From NCBI GenBank assembly GCA_016201405.1, contig JACQCZ010000001.1:8432-72431 (forward strand): a stretch of 64,000 nucleotides of DNA, given 5' to 3'. The translations under genes were made by a program, and so were the position numbers. The notes beneath the pieces were generated by a model. It saw only the letters and a program-made list of their open reading frames with translations, was not told where the DNA came from and did no database searches. This document shows, piece after piece, positions 29,201 through 39,492 of the stretch. This DNA comes from Candidatus Acetothermia bacterium. Lineage in GTDB: Bacteria > Bipolaricaulota > Bipolaricaulia > RBG-16-55-9. How positions within the stretch are numbered: the first letter of the stretch is position 1; each line of letters begins with the position of its first letter.

Positions 29201-30337
29201 TTAAAGATCCTCTTCTTCGCGCCCCTTACCTCGCCGGCGGATGAAGGTGGGCACATCCCAATCGCCTAGGCTGTCGCGCTTTCTGGCTGTCGGTGGGGTT
29301 TTCTCTCGGGACGGATGCTTACCATTTAATTCTTCCTCGTCTTCAGGTTCGATTGCAATCGGCTCAAATTCATCGTATTCATGATCCTCATACTCTTTGA
29401 AGCCCGTCGCAATGAGCGTGATCTTGAGACGCTCGTATCCCTCTTTTACAGTTGCGCCAAAGAAGATGTCGGCATTCTCTGAGACGGCTTCACGGATGAG
29501 CTGGGCAGCTTCCGTCACTTCCTCAAGGGTCAGGTCATAGCCACCTGTAATACTCAAAATGACGCGCTGGGCTCCCTCGATCGAGCCTTCCAATAGTGGC
29601 GAAGTGATAGCCGCTCTGGCCGCCTCCCGTGTGCGACCTTCCCCTTCACCTTCGCCAATGCCCATCATGGCGGTGCCAGCTCCACGCATGGTAGCCTCAA
29701 TGTCAGCAAAGTCACGATTGATCAGTCCTGTAGTGGTAATTAAATCTGTAATTCCTTGCACACCCTGGCGAAGCACATCGTCTGCCAGCTCAAAGGCTTG
29801 CAACAGAGGTAGATCAGCTGGCGCAACTTTCAGAATGCGGTCATTGGGGATTGCAATCATCGTGTCCACATATTGACGCAACTCTTCGATGCCCTTTTTG
29901 GCCTTTTCAATGCGCTGCGGACCTTCAAATGAGAATGGCTTTGTCACGATACCCACCGAAAGAATCCCAAGCTCACGCGCCAGCCGCGCTACAACTGGGG
30001 CCCCACCTGTGCCTGTGCCGCCACCCATTCCGGTGGTGATAAAGACCATATCTACATCTTCTAGCACCGCACGAATATCGGATTCGGACTCCTCGGCAGC
30101 TTTGCGTCCAGTCTCAGGGTTGCCTCCTGCGCCCAAACCACCTGTCAGCTTCACACCAATCTGAAGGGTCTTGTGCGCTTCAACTACGCTGAGCACCTGT
30201 GCATCCGTGTTGAGCGCAACCAATTCGACATCTTTGATCTTGGCTTTGGCCATCCGGTTGACGGCATTGCAGCCGCCCCCTCCGATGCCAATGACGCGAA
30301 TCTTCGCCAACCCATTGCTGCGACGAACCCGTTCCAT
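29201..30337 (-). CDS. ftsZ: Cell division GTPase FtsZ
   Basis: GIGGGGCNA, GMGGGTGTG, INRDFAD, C-terminal DVPTFIRR. Confidence 0.98.
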   Translation of the reverse strand: MERVRRSNGLAKIRVIGIGGGGCNAVNRMAKAKIKDVELVALNTDAQVLSVVEAHKTLQIGVKLTGGLGAGGNPETGRKAAEESESDIRAVLEDVDMVFITTGMGGGTGTGGAPVVARLARELGILSVGIVTKPFSFEGPQRIEKAKKGIEELRQYVDTMIAIPNDRILKVAPADLPLLQAFELADDVLRQGVQGITDLITTTGLINRDFADIEATMRGAGTAMMGIGEGEGEGRTREAARAAITSPLLEGSIEGAQRVILSITGGYDLTLEEVTEAAQLIREAVSENADIFFGATVKEGYERLKITLIATGFKEYEDHEYDEFEPIAIEPEDEEELNGKHPSREKTPPTARKRDSLGDWDVPTFIRRRGKGREEEDL

Positions 30338-30349
30338 GGTAACCCCTCT

Positions 30350-31651
30350 TTAGCGAGTTGTGCTTCGCCCGCGGAAGACTTGATTGAGCCAGCTCAGAAC
30401 CTTGGTCAAGATCGAACTCTCGTGATGGCCATTTCCGGCTGCCCACCATCTCCTGGCATCGCCGTCCGACAGGCGGTGCTCGCCATACCGAAAGTCGTAC
30501 TCCTTGGATTCGAGAGCGTACTTGAGCAATCCAATGACTGTGGCGTAGACGGGACTCTCTACAATATCGCGCAGCCCGTGTATTCCTTGTGGAGTCTTAC
30601 CACGCCGCACCGCGATGTTGTAGCGATCCTGGACAAACTCCGGCATCCCCTTCAGCATTGCCGTCCCACCGGTAAGCACAACACCGGCCGGAACCAAGTC
30701 GCGATAACCAGCATCCTCAATCTCGCCCATCGCCAGATCGAAGAGCTCTTCGAGACGAGGCTCGATGATGCGAGAGAGCTTGCGTTTGTTGACGCTCTTC
30801 TTCTCGCCATTGATTGTGGTGATCTCAAACCTCTCTTCACCGCTCACCTCGTCAACGCGTGGCAGACCTTCGGCTCGCTTAATGCGCTCAGCCTCCTGAT
30901 ACTCAACTTTGAGCCCAACGGTGATGTCATGAGTGAGGTGCTCACCTGCGATCGGGATGATCTTCGAAAACCAAATATCTCCGCGCCGGAAGATGGCAAT
31001 GTCAGTCGTGCCACCCCCAATGTCCATCAGGACGACACCCAGCTCTTTCTCAGCTTCTGTGAGCACAGCATAGCTGGAAGCAAGGGGCTGAAGCACGATC
31101 TTTTCGCACTCAATGCCCAGATTATTGACGCAGCGCAAAATATTATGTACCGCCGTGATTGAGCCGGAGACGATGTGAACATCCACTTCAAGACGCGTCC
31201 CCGTCATGCCGACAGGATCTGTGATGCCCTCTTGCCCATCGACAATATATTGCCGAGGGATGACGTGGATGAGCTCGGCATCGGGTGTGAGCTGAATCGC
31301 TTGCGCCGTCTCAATAACCCGGCGAACGTCGTCTACAGAGATCGTTCGATTATCACGAGAAATGCTGACGGTTCCGGAATTATTAATAGAGTTGATATGC
31401 TTCCCAGCAATGCCAGCATAGACCTTCTCAATACGCACATCGGCCATATTCTCGGCCTCTTCAATGCTGCGCTTGATGGAGGCCGTCGTCTCGCCAATAT
31501 CCACGACGACACCCTTCTCAAGGCCATGAGAAGAGGCCTTTCCCATGCCGATAATCTCAATCGTGCCGTTATTAATGTTGCCAACGAGGGTTACTACTTT
31601 TGTCGTCCCAATGTCAAGACCGACGACGAGTCCCCCACTTCCTCTCACCAT
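30350..31651 (-). CDS. ftsA: Cell division protein FtsA
   Basis: GLDIGTTKV, DIGGGTTD, VLTGGT, C-terminal amphipathic helix ILTKVLSWLNQVF. Confidence 0.97.
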   Translation of the reverse strand: MVRGSGGLVVGLDIGTTKVVTLVGNINNGTIEIIGMGKASSHGLEKGVVVDIGETTASIKRSIEEAENMADVRIEKVYAGIAGKHINSINNSGTVSISRDNRTISVDDVRRVIETAQAIQLTPDAELIHVIPRQYIVDGQEGITDPVGMTGTRLEVDVHIVSGSITAVHNILRCVNNLGIECEKIVLQPLASSYAVLTEAEKELGVVLMDIGGGTTDIAIFRRGDIWFSKIIPIAGEHLTHDITVGLKVEYQEAERIKRAEGLPRVDEVSGEERFEITTINGEKKSVNKRKLSRIIEPRLEELFDLAMGEIEDAGYRDLVPAGVVLTGGTAMLKGMPEFVQDRYNIAVRRGKTPQGIHGLRDIVESPVYATVIGLLKYALESKEYDFRYGEHRLSDGDARRWWAAGNGHHESSILTKVLSWLNQVFRGRSTTR

Positions 31652-31692
31652 ATTCTCATCCCTCTCACCACCTGGACGGGGTGTTAAAGTGT

Positions 31693-31722
31693 ATAATGGA
31701 TCAGACCATTGCCAATTGTCAA
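31693..31722 (-). promoter_or_regulatory. Internal promoter for ftsA-ftsZ
   Basis: TTGACA (overlapping the ftsQ stop)-18 nt-CATTAT. Confidence 0.5.
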
Positions 31723-32438
31723 GTGTGGCCGTAGCGCCTGAGTGTCACCTCACCCTCAAAGCGCAGATCCAACAGAGTCCATGCAGAAACTCCCTCATCC
31801 TGCAGCTTCTGGCGTATCACGTCCAACCGCTCCAGTTGGCGTTTTAGTCCTGCCACTGGAACGAGAGCCTTCCAGCCCTCACGTGCGGTCAGCTCCAACG
31901 CATCCCCCACCACAGAGGCTGCTTGAAAGCGGCTGAGAATCTCTCCTGGAAGTCCAAAGAATTCGTGAATCGCCTCTCTCCCCACCGAAGAGAGGGCGCG
32001 CACACCCACGGAGATCTCTTTTGCATCTACACCAGACAGAATCAGGGAATACAATTCGCCATCGGCAGGCTTTAGGAGAATGCCATCTTCATCCACCCAG
32101 AATTTTGTGTGATCCGTTAAAGCAACAATTCCAATCGGCTCGCGCTCATTCACTTCGAGACGAACTCGGACACCTCGCAACGAGACACGTCTCTTGGAAA
32201 TAGAAATATCCTTGACCCCAGAAAGGCCAAGAATCGCTTGCATTGCGCTCTTCTGTTGGGTGGCACTCCATGGCTGCCCTACGTGGAAACCACTGAGTGC
32301 CTGGATCTCGGCAGTTCCGATCCTCCCACCACCTTCAATTGCAATCCCCTCAATGATCGGAGATCCAGTTCCAAATAAAACTCCTCCTGTAGCAATGATC
32401 GCTCCTACAACTGCTACTAGGAGAAATTTTCCTCTCAC
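31719..32438 (-). CDS. ftsQ: Cell division protein FtsQ/DivIB
   Basis: N-terminal TM, POTRA-like region, EREP, WVDEDG, C-terminal LDLRF; lies between murB and ftsA. Confidence 0.85.
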   Translation of the reverse strand: MRGKFLLVAVVGAIIATGGVLFGTGSPIIEGIAIEGGGRIGTAEIQALSGFHVGQPWSATQQKSAMQAILGLSGVKDISISKRRVSLRGVRVRLEVNEREPIGIVALTDHTKFWVDEDGILLKPADGELYSLILSGVDAKEISVGVRALSSVGREAIHEFFGLPGEILSRFQAASVVGDALELTAREGWKALVPVAGLKRQLERLDVIRQKLQDEGVSAWTLLDLRFEGEVTLRRYGHT

Positions 32439-33355
32439 CGGAGGTTTGCGTTTGAAACCACTGCTACCTCTAGCTGCAGTTCCACGCTGAATTCTTTATA
32501 CACCCTCTCTTTGGCAAAGTCAATAAGTTGCAAAATATCCTGTGCAGATGCCTCTCCTGTATTGACAATAAAATTGGCGTGAAGAGGGGAGATCATGGCT
32601 CCACCACATTTGAGCCCTTTGAGTCCGGATAAATCAATGAGCTTACCCGCACCAGGGCCATTCGGTGGATTCTTGAAGATGCAGCCTGCACTCGGAGACT
32701 GAATCGGCTGGCGATCACGGCGGCGCTGCAGAAGCGCCTCAGAATCAAATCTTCTCTCACCGCCCAGTTGAAATTCAGCTCCGACAATGATCCAGTCCCG
32801 TTTCTGAAAGATGCTGCGGCGGTAGCTATAATCACACTCTTCTTGATTTAATCGAAGTAATACCCCGTCTTTTGCTAGAACAGTGACGTGCCGCACTCTC
32901 TCTGAGATTGAAAATTCAGGAATGCCGGCATTCATAGCCAGTGCACCACCCATGGAAGCGGGAATGCCGACCAGCCCGTCAAAATCATAAAATCCCTTGA
33001 CTCGCAGATAGCCCATGGCGGCTCCCAAGCTTGCTCCCGCTTGTGCAGTGAGCCGATCTTCATCGATTCGTATCGTGCCAAAATTTCGTGTCAATTGAAT
33101 GACAACTCCGCGGAAGCCTGCATCTGGGAAGAGTGAGTTTGTCCCGTTTCCCAGCACAATCCTTGAAAGGCCCTGCGCCTCCGCAAAAGCAAGAACGTCG
33201 CGCAGCTCATCGAGCGAGCGGGGCGAAGCAAAGTAATCCGCAGGGCCGCCCACTTTAAACGAAGTATGCTGGCTAAGTGCCACATCTCTGCGAATGACCT
33301 CTTGCAACGAAGTCTTGGAGATAGGTTTCGTGAATTGTTGCGTGAGCGTGATCAT
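32435..33355 (-). CDS. murB: UDP-N-acetylenolpyruvoylglucosamine reductase
   Basis: HTSFKVGGPA, GIPASMGGALAMNAG, YRRS, SAGCIFKNP, HANFIVN. Confidence 0.95.
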   Translation of the reverse strand: MITLTQQFTKPISKTSLQEVIRRDVALSQHTSFKVGGPADYFASPRSLDELRDVLAFAEAQGLSRIVLGNGTNSLFPDAGFRGVVIQLTRNFGTIRIDEDRLTAQAGASLGAAMGYLRVKGFYDFDGLVGIPASMGGALAMNAGIPEFSISERVRHVTVLAKDGVLLRLNQEECDYSYRRSIFQKRDWIIVGAEFQLGGERRFDSEALLQRRRDRQPIQSPSAGCIFKNPPNGPGAGKLIDLSGLKGLKCGGAMISPLHANFIVNTGEASAQDILQLIDFAKERVYKEFSVELQLEVAVVSNANLR

Positions 33356-33364
33356 GATCTGCTT

Positions 33365-34726
33365 CTACTCGGCATGTCCGTTCTCGCGTACCAGGCGATG
33401 AAGGACCTGCCAGATGTCACCTGCCCCAAAACCGATGATGAAGTCTCCGGCATTTGCTTCGCTCTTCAAAAATGAATAGGTCTCTTCGAGCGATCCGGCA
33501 TAGTGGACATTCTGGTGATTGCCTCGCATCAGCCTCGCAACCTTCTCGGCATGGACACCAGCAATGGGTCGCTCAAATGCCGGATAGATATCTGAGATCA
33601 AGACGAGATCAGCACTGGAAAGGGCGCGTGCAAACTGCTCGGTCATATAGCTCATTCGCGTATAGCGGTGAGGCTGGAAGACGGCGATGACACGCTTCGG
33701 CGCCCATCCTTGCCGGATGGCTTCGAGATTGAGCTCGACTTGCTCGGGCAGGTGAGCATAATCATCCACCACAACCAGCCCGTTGTCTTCAAGAATCTGG
33801 AAGCGCCGGCTGGGCAGAGAAAAACTCTTGAGAATATTCATGGATTTTCTAAAATCAATGCCTGCCATATGCGCAGCGAGCATCGCAGTCAGGGCATTCA
33901 TAATGTTGTGACGCCCAGGAGCTGGAAGATGGATCTCTCCAAGCGAAGCCCCTTGAAATACGAGATCCGCTCGCGTATTCATTTGATCTTGTCTGATGTT
34001 CTTTGCCATCAGATCAGCCTGATTTTTCAACCCAAAGCTCAGTGATTGGCGAGCAGATGAGGCAAGCAGTTCGTAATGGGGGTCATCGGCAAAGAGCACT
34101 GCACGGCGACTCTGTTTGATGAATGTTTTGAATCCTTCTAAGAGAGCCTCGGATGAGCCATAGTGATTGAGATGATCCTCTCCCACATTGGTGATGACCG
34201 CGATGTCGGAGTGAAGATGGACAAAATGGCCGTCACTTTCATCCACTTCCGAGACGAGCCATCTCCCTTTGCCGGAGCGGGCATAATGTCCAAGTGAATT
34301 GGAGCTTGCCCCCACCAAAAATGTCGGATCATAGCCAGCGCGCCGCAGCAGGAGCGAGATCATGGAGCTCGTCGTCGTCTTGCCATGCGTTCCGGCAATG
34401 CCAATACTGGAATGGCTGTTGTAGATCATCGCGAGCAGTTGCTGGCGATGGAGAATATTTAAGTTGAGCTCTCGCGCCATCTTGAGCTCCACATTCTCGG
34501 ATTCGATTGCCGAGGAGTAGATGACAGCCTCCGAGTCACGAAGATATGCGGCATCGTGTCCGTGATGAACTGAAATCCCGGCAGCGCGGAGCTCTCTGGT
34601 CCGCGCCGTCTCTCTACAATCCGAACCGCTGACGGAATGCCCTTGCTCGTGTAAGATCCACGCCAAGGCGCTCATTCCATCGCCGCCAATTCCGATAAAG
34701 TGATATGGTCTCTCTCTGGTTGCCAT
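33365..34726 (-). CDS. murC: UDP-MurNAc:L-alanine ligase
   Basis: HFIGIGGDGMSALA, AGTHGKTTT, EVDESDG, DDYAH, FQPHRYTR, GAGDI. Confidence 0.95.
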   Translation of the reverse strand: MATRERPYHFIGIGGDGMSALAWILHEQGHSVSGSDCRETARTRELRAAGISVHHGHDAAYLRDSEAVIYSSAIESENVELKMARELNLNILHRQQLLAMIYNSHSSIGIAGTHGKTTTSSMISLLLRRAGYDPTFLVGASSNSLGHYARSGKGRWLVSEVDESDGHFVHLHSDIAVITNVGEDHLNHYGSSEALLEGFKTFIKQSRRAVLFADDPHYELLASSARQSLSFGLKNQADLMAKNIRQDQMNTRADLVFQGASLGEIHLPAPGRHNIMNALTAMLAAHMAGIDFRKSMNILKSFSLPSRRFQILEDNGLVVVDDYAHLPEQVELNLEAIRQGWAPKRVIAVFQPHRYTRMSYMTEQFARALSSADLVLISDIYPAFERPIAGVHAEKVARLMRGNHQNVHYAGSLEETYSFLKSEANAGDFIIGFGAGDIWQVLHRLVRENGHAE

Positions 34727-35825
34727 GTTCGAGATGAAGAATGACCTCCCTCAGCACCTGTTCCGTTGCGTCTGGCACAGCTAACGTTGCACAGCGATTT
34801 CGTAGACTTGTCAATCTTGTTGAGTCCCCCAAAAGCTTCAGCACTTCTTTCACTAATCGATCTTCTTGGCATTCACTCTCTCGCAGCAGATGACATGCCC
34901 CGCGCTCGGAGAGCCATGCGGCATTCTCTTCTTGGTGATTGTGAGCAGCGCCTGGCCAGGGAATCACGATGGCCGGAACGCCGAGTGTCGTCATCTCGGC
35001 CAGAGTTGCTCCGCCTGCTCGGCAGACCATGAGATCGGCCGCTTTCATCCACTGCCCCACTTCATGCGTGTGTCCCAAAACGCGAATTGAATCTGAATTG
35101 CGTTGGCGCGTTAGGCTCTGCAAACGCACAGCATCCCGCCCAGCCAGAATGACGAGCTGCACGCCACATTCTTGAAGTTCTGAAGAACCACTCAAGAGCT
35201 GGTCGTGAATGCACTGGGCTCCGTGTGTGCCCCCCGTCACCAGGACGACGGGCCGATTGGGATCGAGCTTCAAATATTCGCGTGCGCTCGTTTGATCAAG
35301 TTTTTCGCGAAGCGCTGTGATGGAAGAACGAAGCGGCAGACCCGTATGGACGGCGCGCTTGGCTCGAATCTCGTTGGCAGTCTCTGGAAAGCTAACGAGC
35401 ACGCTGTCCACCAGAGGGGCCAGTAATGTATTGACCAGTCCGGGAATGCGATTCTGCTCATGGATTAAAGTTGGGATTCCAAGCAGCGTTCCCCAGAGGA
35501 GGGGTCCGAAGGAGACGTAGCCTCCTGTGCCGACAATCACATGCGGATCAAAGTGAGCGATAATATTTAATGAGAGACTGAGCCCCTTTAGGTTTGACCA
35601 GGCTTCTCTGATGGTTTTGGATGTGAGTTTACGCTCGACACCCGAGGCTTCAATCTCAAAAAATTCAATCCCAGACTCATGTCGTACGATCCGAGACTCA
35701 ATTCCCTTAGCCGTTCCGACATAACCAATGCGAATCTTTTCCTGGCTCCGGCGAAGCTCTTCGATCAAAGCGAGCGCGGGGTAGACGTGTCCGCCCGTTC
35801 CTCCACCAGCAATCAGAATATTCAC
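34614..35825 (-). CDS. murG: Lipid I N-acetylglucosaminyltransferase
   Basis: AGGGTGGHVYP, GTGGYVS, HEQN, RAGGAT.AE, HQEENA. The frame runs 113 nt into murC. Confidence 0.95.
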   Translation of the reverse strand: MNILIAGGGTGGHVYPALALIEELRRSQEKIRIGYVGTAKGIESRIVRHESGIEFFEIEASGVERKLTSKTIREAWSNLKGLSLSLNIIAHFDPHVIVGTGGYVSFGPLLWGTLLGIPTLIHEQNRIPGLVNTLLAPLVDSVLVSFPETANEIRAKRAVHTGLPLRSSITALREKLDQTSAREYLKLDPNRPVVLVTGGTHGAQCIHDQLLSGSSELQECGVQLVILAGRDAVRLQSLTRQRNSDSIRVLGHTHEVGQWMKAADLMVCRAGGATLAEMTTLGVPAIVIPWPGAAHNHQEENAAWLSERGACHLLRESECQEDRLVKEVLKLLGDSTRLTSLRNRCATLAVPDATEQVLREVILHLEHGNQRETISLYRNWRRWNERLGVDLTRARAFRQRFGL

Positions 35826-37006
35826 AGTAGCCTTGCTCCTTTGGCTCGAGCAGCCTGAGTCGATCGCGAGATGTTGAGCAGAATCCCGATCATGGCGAGC
35901 GAGATGATGAGGGATGTGCCTCCATAGCTCACCAAAGGCAATGTCAGACCTGTGACCGGAAGGACACCGGTCGTCACACCAAAGTTGATGGCGGCCTGAA
36001 AGGTGATCGAGAATGTGATTCCGGCTGCCAGAAAGAAACCAAAGCGGTCAGGAGCATCGAGCGCGATCTGAAGCCCACGCCAAGCAAAAATAATAAATAA
36101 GGACAGAATGAGTAGAAGTCCGATCAGACCCAGCTCCTCACCAACCACGGAAAGAATAAAGTCGTTGTACGCCGATGGAAGATAGAGCCACTTCTCACGG
36201 CTCGCTCCTAACCCGCGCCCTAAGAGTCCTCCGGAGCCAAGGGCCGTGAGAGACTGAATCAAGTGATATCCCCGTCCGTCAGGATCTGAAAATGGATTCA
36301 AGAAAGTCAGCAGCCGGTCACGGCGGTACTCTGACGTCATAATCAATGCAAAAAAGACGGGAATGCAGGGCAGAGTGGGCGCCGCGAGATGAATGAGACG
36401 TGCCCCACCAATAATCAGCATGAAGGCTAGCAATGCGCCATATTCGATGACCATAGCGAAGTCGGGCTGTGCAATTGCAAGCACTGCAAGGACCCCAAAC
36501 AAAACAAAAAATGGAACGATCCCATGCATGAAATCTCGAATCTCGCCGCTTTCGGACTTTCGCACCAGTGAGGCCGCCAGAAAGATGAGCAGGGCAAACT
36601 TGGCAAACTCAGTCGGCTGGAATGAGAAGCCGCCGAGGCGGAGCCAGAGCCCTCCGGGCGCGAGAGCCGGAATGAGGGTGAGAAATGTGACCGATATTGC
36701 AACAATCATCAAGATGCCGTCGTAGGCAAAGAGCTTCCGATAATCGAGTCGTGAAAAGAGAAAAAGAAGAACAAGCCCAACAATCGCTGCAATAAGCTGC
36801 TTGACAAAAAGCTGTTCAGGATGCTGATAAGTTGCGTAAGCGGCTGGCGCACTGGATGAGGCCACCATCACCAGGCCAAAGAGCGTGAGAGCGAGCGAGA
36901 CGGCTAGAAGAGTAAAATCTGGACTTTGCGTTGTGGCTCCGGCTCCAGAGAACGGGCGCATCTGCGTCCTCGCGACCCGGTGAAGCCCGGGATTGAGTAC
37001 CCCCAC
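35822..37006 (-). CDS. ftsW: SEDS peptidoglycan polymerase FtsW
   Basis: GLVMVASSS, FQPTEFAK, QPD, GSGGLLGRGLG, LPSAYNDFI, PVTGLTLPLVSYGGTS. Confidence 0.95.
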   Translation of the reverse strand: MGVLNPGLHRVARTQMRPFSGAGATTQSPDFTLLAVSLALTLFGLVMVASSSAPAAYATYQHPEQLFVKQLIAAIVGLVLLFLFSRLDYRKLFAYDGILMIVAISVTFLTLIPALAPGGLWLRLGGFSFQPTEFAKFALLIFLAASLVRKSESGEIRDFMHGIVPFFVLFGVLAVLAIAQPDFAMVIEYGALLAFMLIIGGARLIHLAAPTLPCIPVFFALIMTSEYRRDRLLTFLNPFSDPDGRGYHLIQSLTALGSGGLLGRGLGASREKWLYLPSAYNDFILSVVGEELGLIGLLLILSLFIIFAWRGLQIALDAPDRFGFFLAAGITFSITFQAAINFGVTTGVLPVTGLTLPLVSYGGTSLIISLAMIGILLNISRSTQAARAKGARLL

Positions 37007-37107
37007 AACACACCTCCCCTTCGTAGCCCCTAAGGTGAACCTTCAGGATGCTTCAGTTGCGTATCCGAAGTTGTACCGGGAAGCCGAACGAAGAAGAAGG
37101 ACCCCTG

Positions 37108-38430
37108 CTAAAGACTGGCAGCCTCTTGATCACTCGCTTGAGTGATGGTTGTCTTGGTGAAGTGATTCTGGATAAGGGCTTTGAAATAGTCACCGCGCTC
37201 CTCATAATTTCTGAACTGATCGAAGCTCGGCGATCCGGGTGAGAAGAGGCAGACTCTTGGCCTCAAGTTGAGTGAGATCTCAACGGCCTGCGACAGGTTG
37301 CGCACAGACTGATAGCGCGCGAAATCAATTTTATTGAATAGACGCGCAAAACGCTCCTGCGTCTCGCCGACCAGCAGGACACACTCGATTCTCCGGCGCG
37401 AGATCAATTGCACCAGCTCGAGCGGATCACCTTCGCTGTCATGGCCGCCCAAAATGAGAACCAGAGGCTTTTCACGAAATGTCTCAAGCGCCGCCTGCGT
37501 CGCCTCAGGACTCGTCGCCTTGGAGTCATTGTAGAAGCGCACGCCATTGAGCTCTGCCACATACTCAATGCGATGCGGCAACTGAAAGGCTCGTTTGAGG
37601 TCTAGTTTTTGGAGTGAAATGGCAAGATCAATCTGCTGGACAGCTTTGAGAGCCCCGGCCAGATTCTCACGCTGATGGCGCGCAAGATGAATACTCTTAA
37701 GCTGAATATCTTGAGCTGAGAATGAGATAACTTTTGAGCGCACATCATCCGGTAAAGGAATTCCGTTGTGGATGACCGCAAAATCAGTCTGCGTCTGGTT
37801 TTTGAAGAGATCACACTTCAATCGAAAATACTCTTGCATTGAGTTATGACGTCCCAAATGATGAGCTGCAAAACGCGTAAAGACCCCAACATGAGGTTTG
37901 AAACTCGCAATCTGCTCCAATTGATAACTGCTCACTTCAAGCACAACAATCGTTTCAGAATTGATTTCATCGAGAGAGTCAATGAAGGGCCTGCCAATAT
38001 TCCCGGCAGTGACTACGTCGTAGCCGTGAGCTTTGAGGAGCTCTGAAATGAGGTGAGTCGTTGTCGTCTTCCCGACTGTGCCTGTGACAGCAATGATCTT
38101 ATCGCTAGCGCAGTGCTGGTAGGCGACTTCGATCTCGGCCAGAACGGGAATGCTTTTAGCCCGAGCTTCTTGCAATATAAATACATTGGCTGAGATTCCA
38201 GGAGATGGAATGATTAAATCTGCTTGCAAAACTTGCTCCGAGTGCTGGCCCTCTTCCCAATCCACTTCCCACTGACTCCACTCCGCTTTGAGAACATTCG
38301 AGATATGCGAGGAGTCACTCACAAAGACCCTGGCTTTCTGATGAACAAGAAAGCGAACGAGCGCCTGCCCGGTTCGGCCTGCACCGAGCACACTGACTCG
38401 CTGGCCTGAAAGCGATAGACTCTCTTGCAC
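37108..38430 (-). CDS. murD: UDP-MurNAc-L-Ala:D-Glu ligase
   Basis: SPGI, VTGTVGKTTT, GNIG, LEVSSYQL, HRIE, YNDSKAT, SFDQFRNYEERG. Confidence 0.92.
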   Translation of the reverse strand: MQESLSLSGQRVSVLGAGRTGQALVRFLVHQKARVFVSDSSHISNVLKAEWSQWEVDWEEGQHSEQVLQADLIIPSPGISANVFILQEARAKSIPVLAEIEVAYQHCASDKIIAVTGTVGKTTTTHLISELLKAHGYDVVTAGNIGRPFIDSLDEINSETIVVLEVSSYQLEQIASFKPHVGVFTRFAAHHLGRHNSMQEYFRLKCDLFKNQTQTDFAVIHNGIPLPDDVRSKVISFSAQDIQLKSIHLARHQRENLAGALKAVQQIDLAISLQKLDLKRAFQLPHRIEYVAELNGVRFYNDSKATSPEATQAALETFREKPLVLILGGHDSEGDPLELVQLISRRRIECVLLVGETQERFARLFNKIDFARYQSVRNLSQAVEISLNLRPRVCLFSPGSPSFDQFRNYEERGDYFKALIQNHFTKTTITQASDQEAASL

Positions 38431-38571
38431 GATTGCGAGATTGTAAAGGGATAATTCGATGAATCAGAAGGACAGAGGTCAGGTAGAAAGCTCTCAACAG
38501 GAAGGCGTTTAATTTATGACGTCAACTCTGATTGTTTTGGCGCTGCCTTGCACCACGTCTGACTGAGCTGA

Positions 38572-39492
38572 TTAAGAATTGCCAAGCTCTCGAGATGCCA
38601 GCTCGATTTGCTCTTCCAGTACTTGACTGCTTTCAAATTTCTCGAGCTGCAGAAAATAACTCGCCGCTTGAAGGAGCGCCTCGCGCGGAACTAACCCCAC
38701 AATCTCGCTCCCGATCACTGGAACACCGTAGCGCTCTGCCTCTCGCTGAATCATAGTAAAGACCCTAAACAACGGGGTCTTCCGGAAATGGGTCATGTTC
38801 ATTGAGACCTGGACGATGCCCCGCTCCTCAATCTTGAAGCCGAGAGCTTTGACATAGCGCAGCCCGCCGCTCATGTGTCGAACGGCCTTGGCAATCTCTT
38901 GAGCAATCTCAAGTTTATCGGTGCCAAGGTTGACATTGAAAGCAATCAGCGGCATCCGGGCACCCACAGCAACGACTCCGGCGGATGGATGAATAGTTCG
39001 CTCTCCAAAATCGGGTGCCCACTCGGGCATTTTGATCTTTTCAGAAAAGCCTTCAAATTGCCCTTTACGAATCTCCGCCAGATTCTCACGGCTTGGAGTG
39101 GTGGCCGATGCTTCATAAAGATAGACAGGAATTTTGAGTTGCTTCCAAATCTTCTCGCCAACACGTTTAGACAGATCTATACATTCTTCCATGGTTGAGT
39201 TTTTGATCGGCACAAAGGGTACGACGTCCACAGCTCCCATACGTGGATGCTCTCCAGTATGCTTTCGGAGATCAATCTGCTGAGCAGCTTCTGCTACGAG
39301 CGCCAGAATGGCTCTTTCTACACCTTCAGGCTCGCCTGCAAACGTCATCACCGTACGGTTGTGGTCAGGGTCCGAATCAACGTCGAGCAGAAGTACACCT
39401 GGAAATTGCTTCACCGCAGAGGCAATCATGTCAATCTTGACTTGATCGCGCCCCTCGCTGATATTGGGGATGCATTCAATGATCTTATTCAT
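38572..39492 (-). CDS. ftcD: Glutamate formiminotransferase, stand-alone FT domain
   Basis: IECIPNISEGR, DPDHNRTV, HTGEHPRMGAVDVVPFVP, LIAFNVNL, VQVSMN, GSEIVGLVP. Confidence 0.94.
   Translation of the reverse strand: MNKIIECIPNISEGRDQVKIDMIASAVKQFPGVLLLDVDSDPDHNRTVMTFAGEPEGVERAILALVAEAAQQIDLRKHTGEHPRMGAVDVVPFVPIKNSTMEECIDLSKRVGEKIWKQLKIPVYLYEASATTPSRENLAEIRKGQFEGFSEKIKMPEWAPDFGERTIHPSAGVVAVGARMPLIAFNVNLGTDKLEIAQEIAKAVRHMSGGLRYVKALGFKIEERGIVQVSMNMTHFRKTPLFRVFTMIQREAERYGVPVIGSEIVGLVPREALLQAASYFLQLEKFESSQVLEEQIELASRELGNS

Noticed and set aside
30173-31162. 329-aa plus-strand ORF
   Set aside because: Antisense shadow of ftsA/ftsZ with no recognisable motifs.
31690-31697. Plus-strand TATAAT as an antisense promoter into ftsQ
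   Set aside because: No -35 or proper TGn extension; it is the complement of the minus-strand ftsA promoter region.
34614-34726. 113-nt murG/murC overlap as a frameshift or fusion
   Set aside because: Both proteins are complete and murC has an SD-like GGAGG upstream; likely a lost stop extending murG.
37007-37107. ncRNA between murD and ftsW
   Set aside because: Only a short imperfect stem; consistent with a promoter and SD region.
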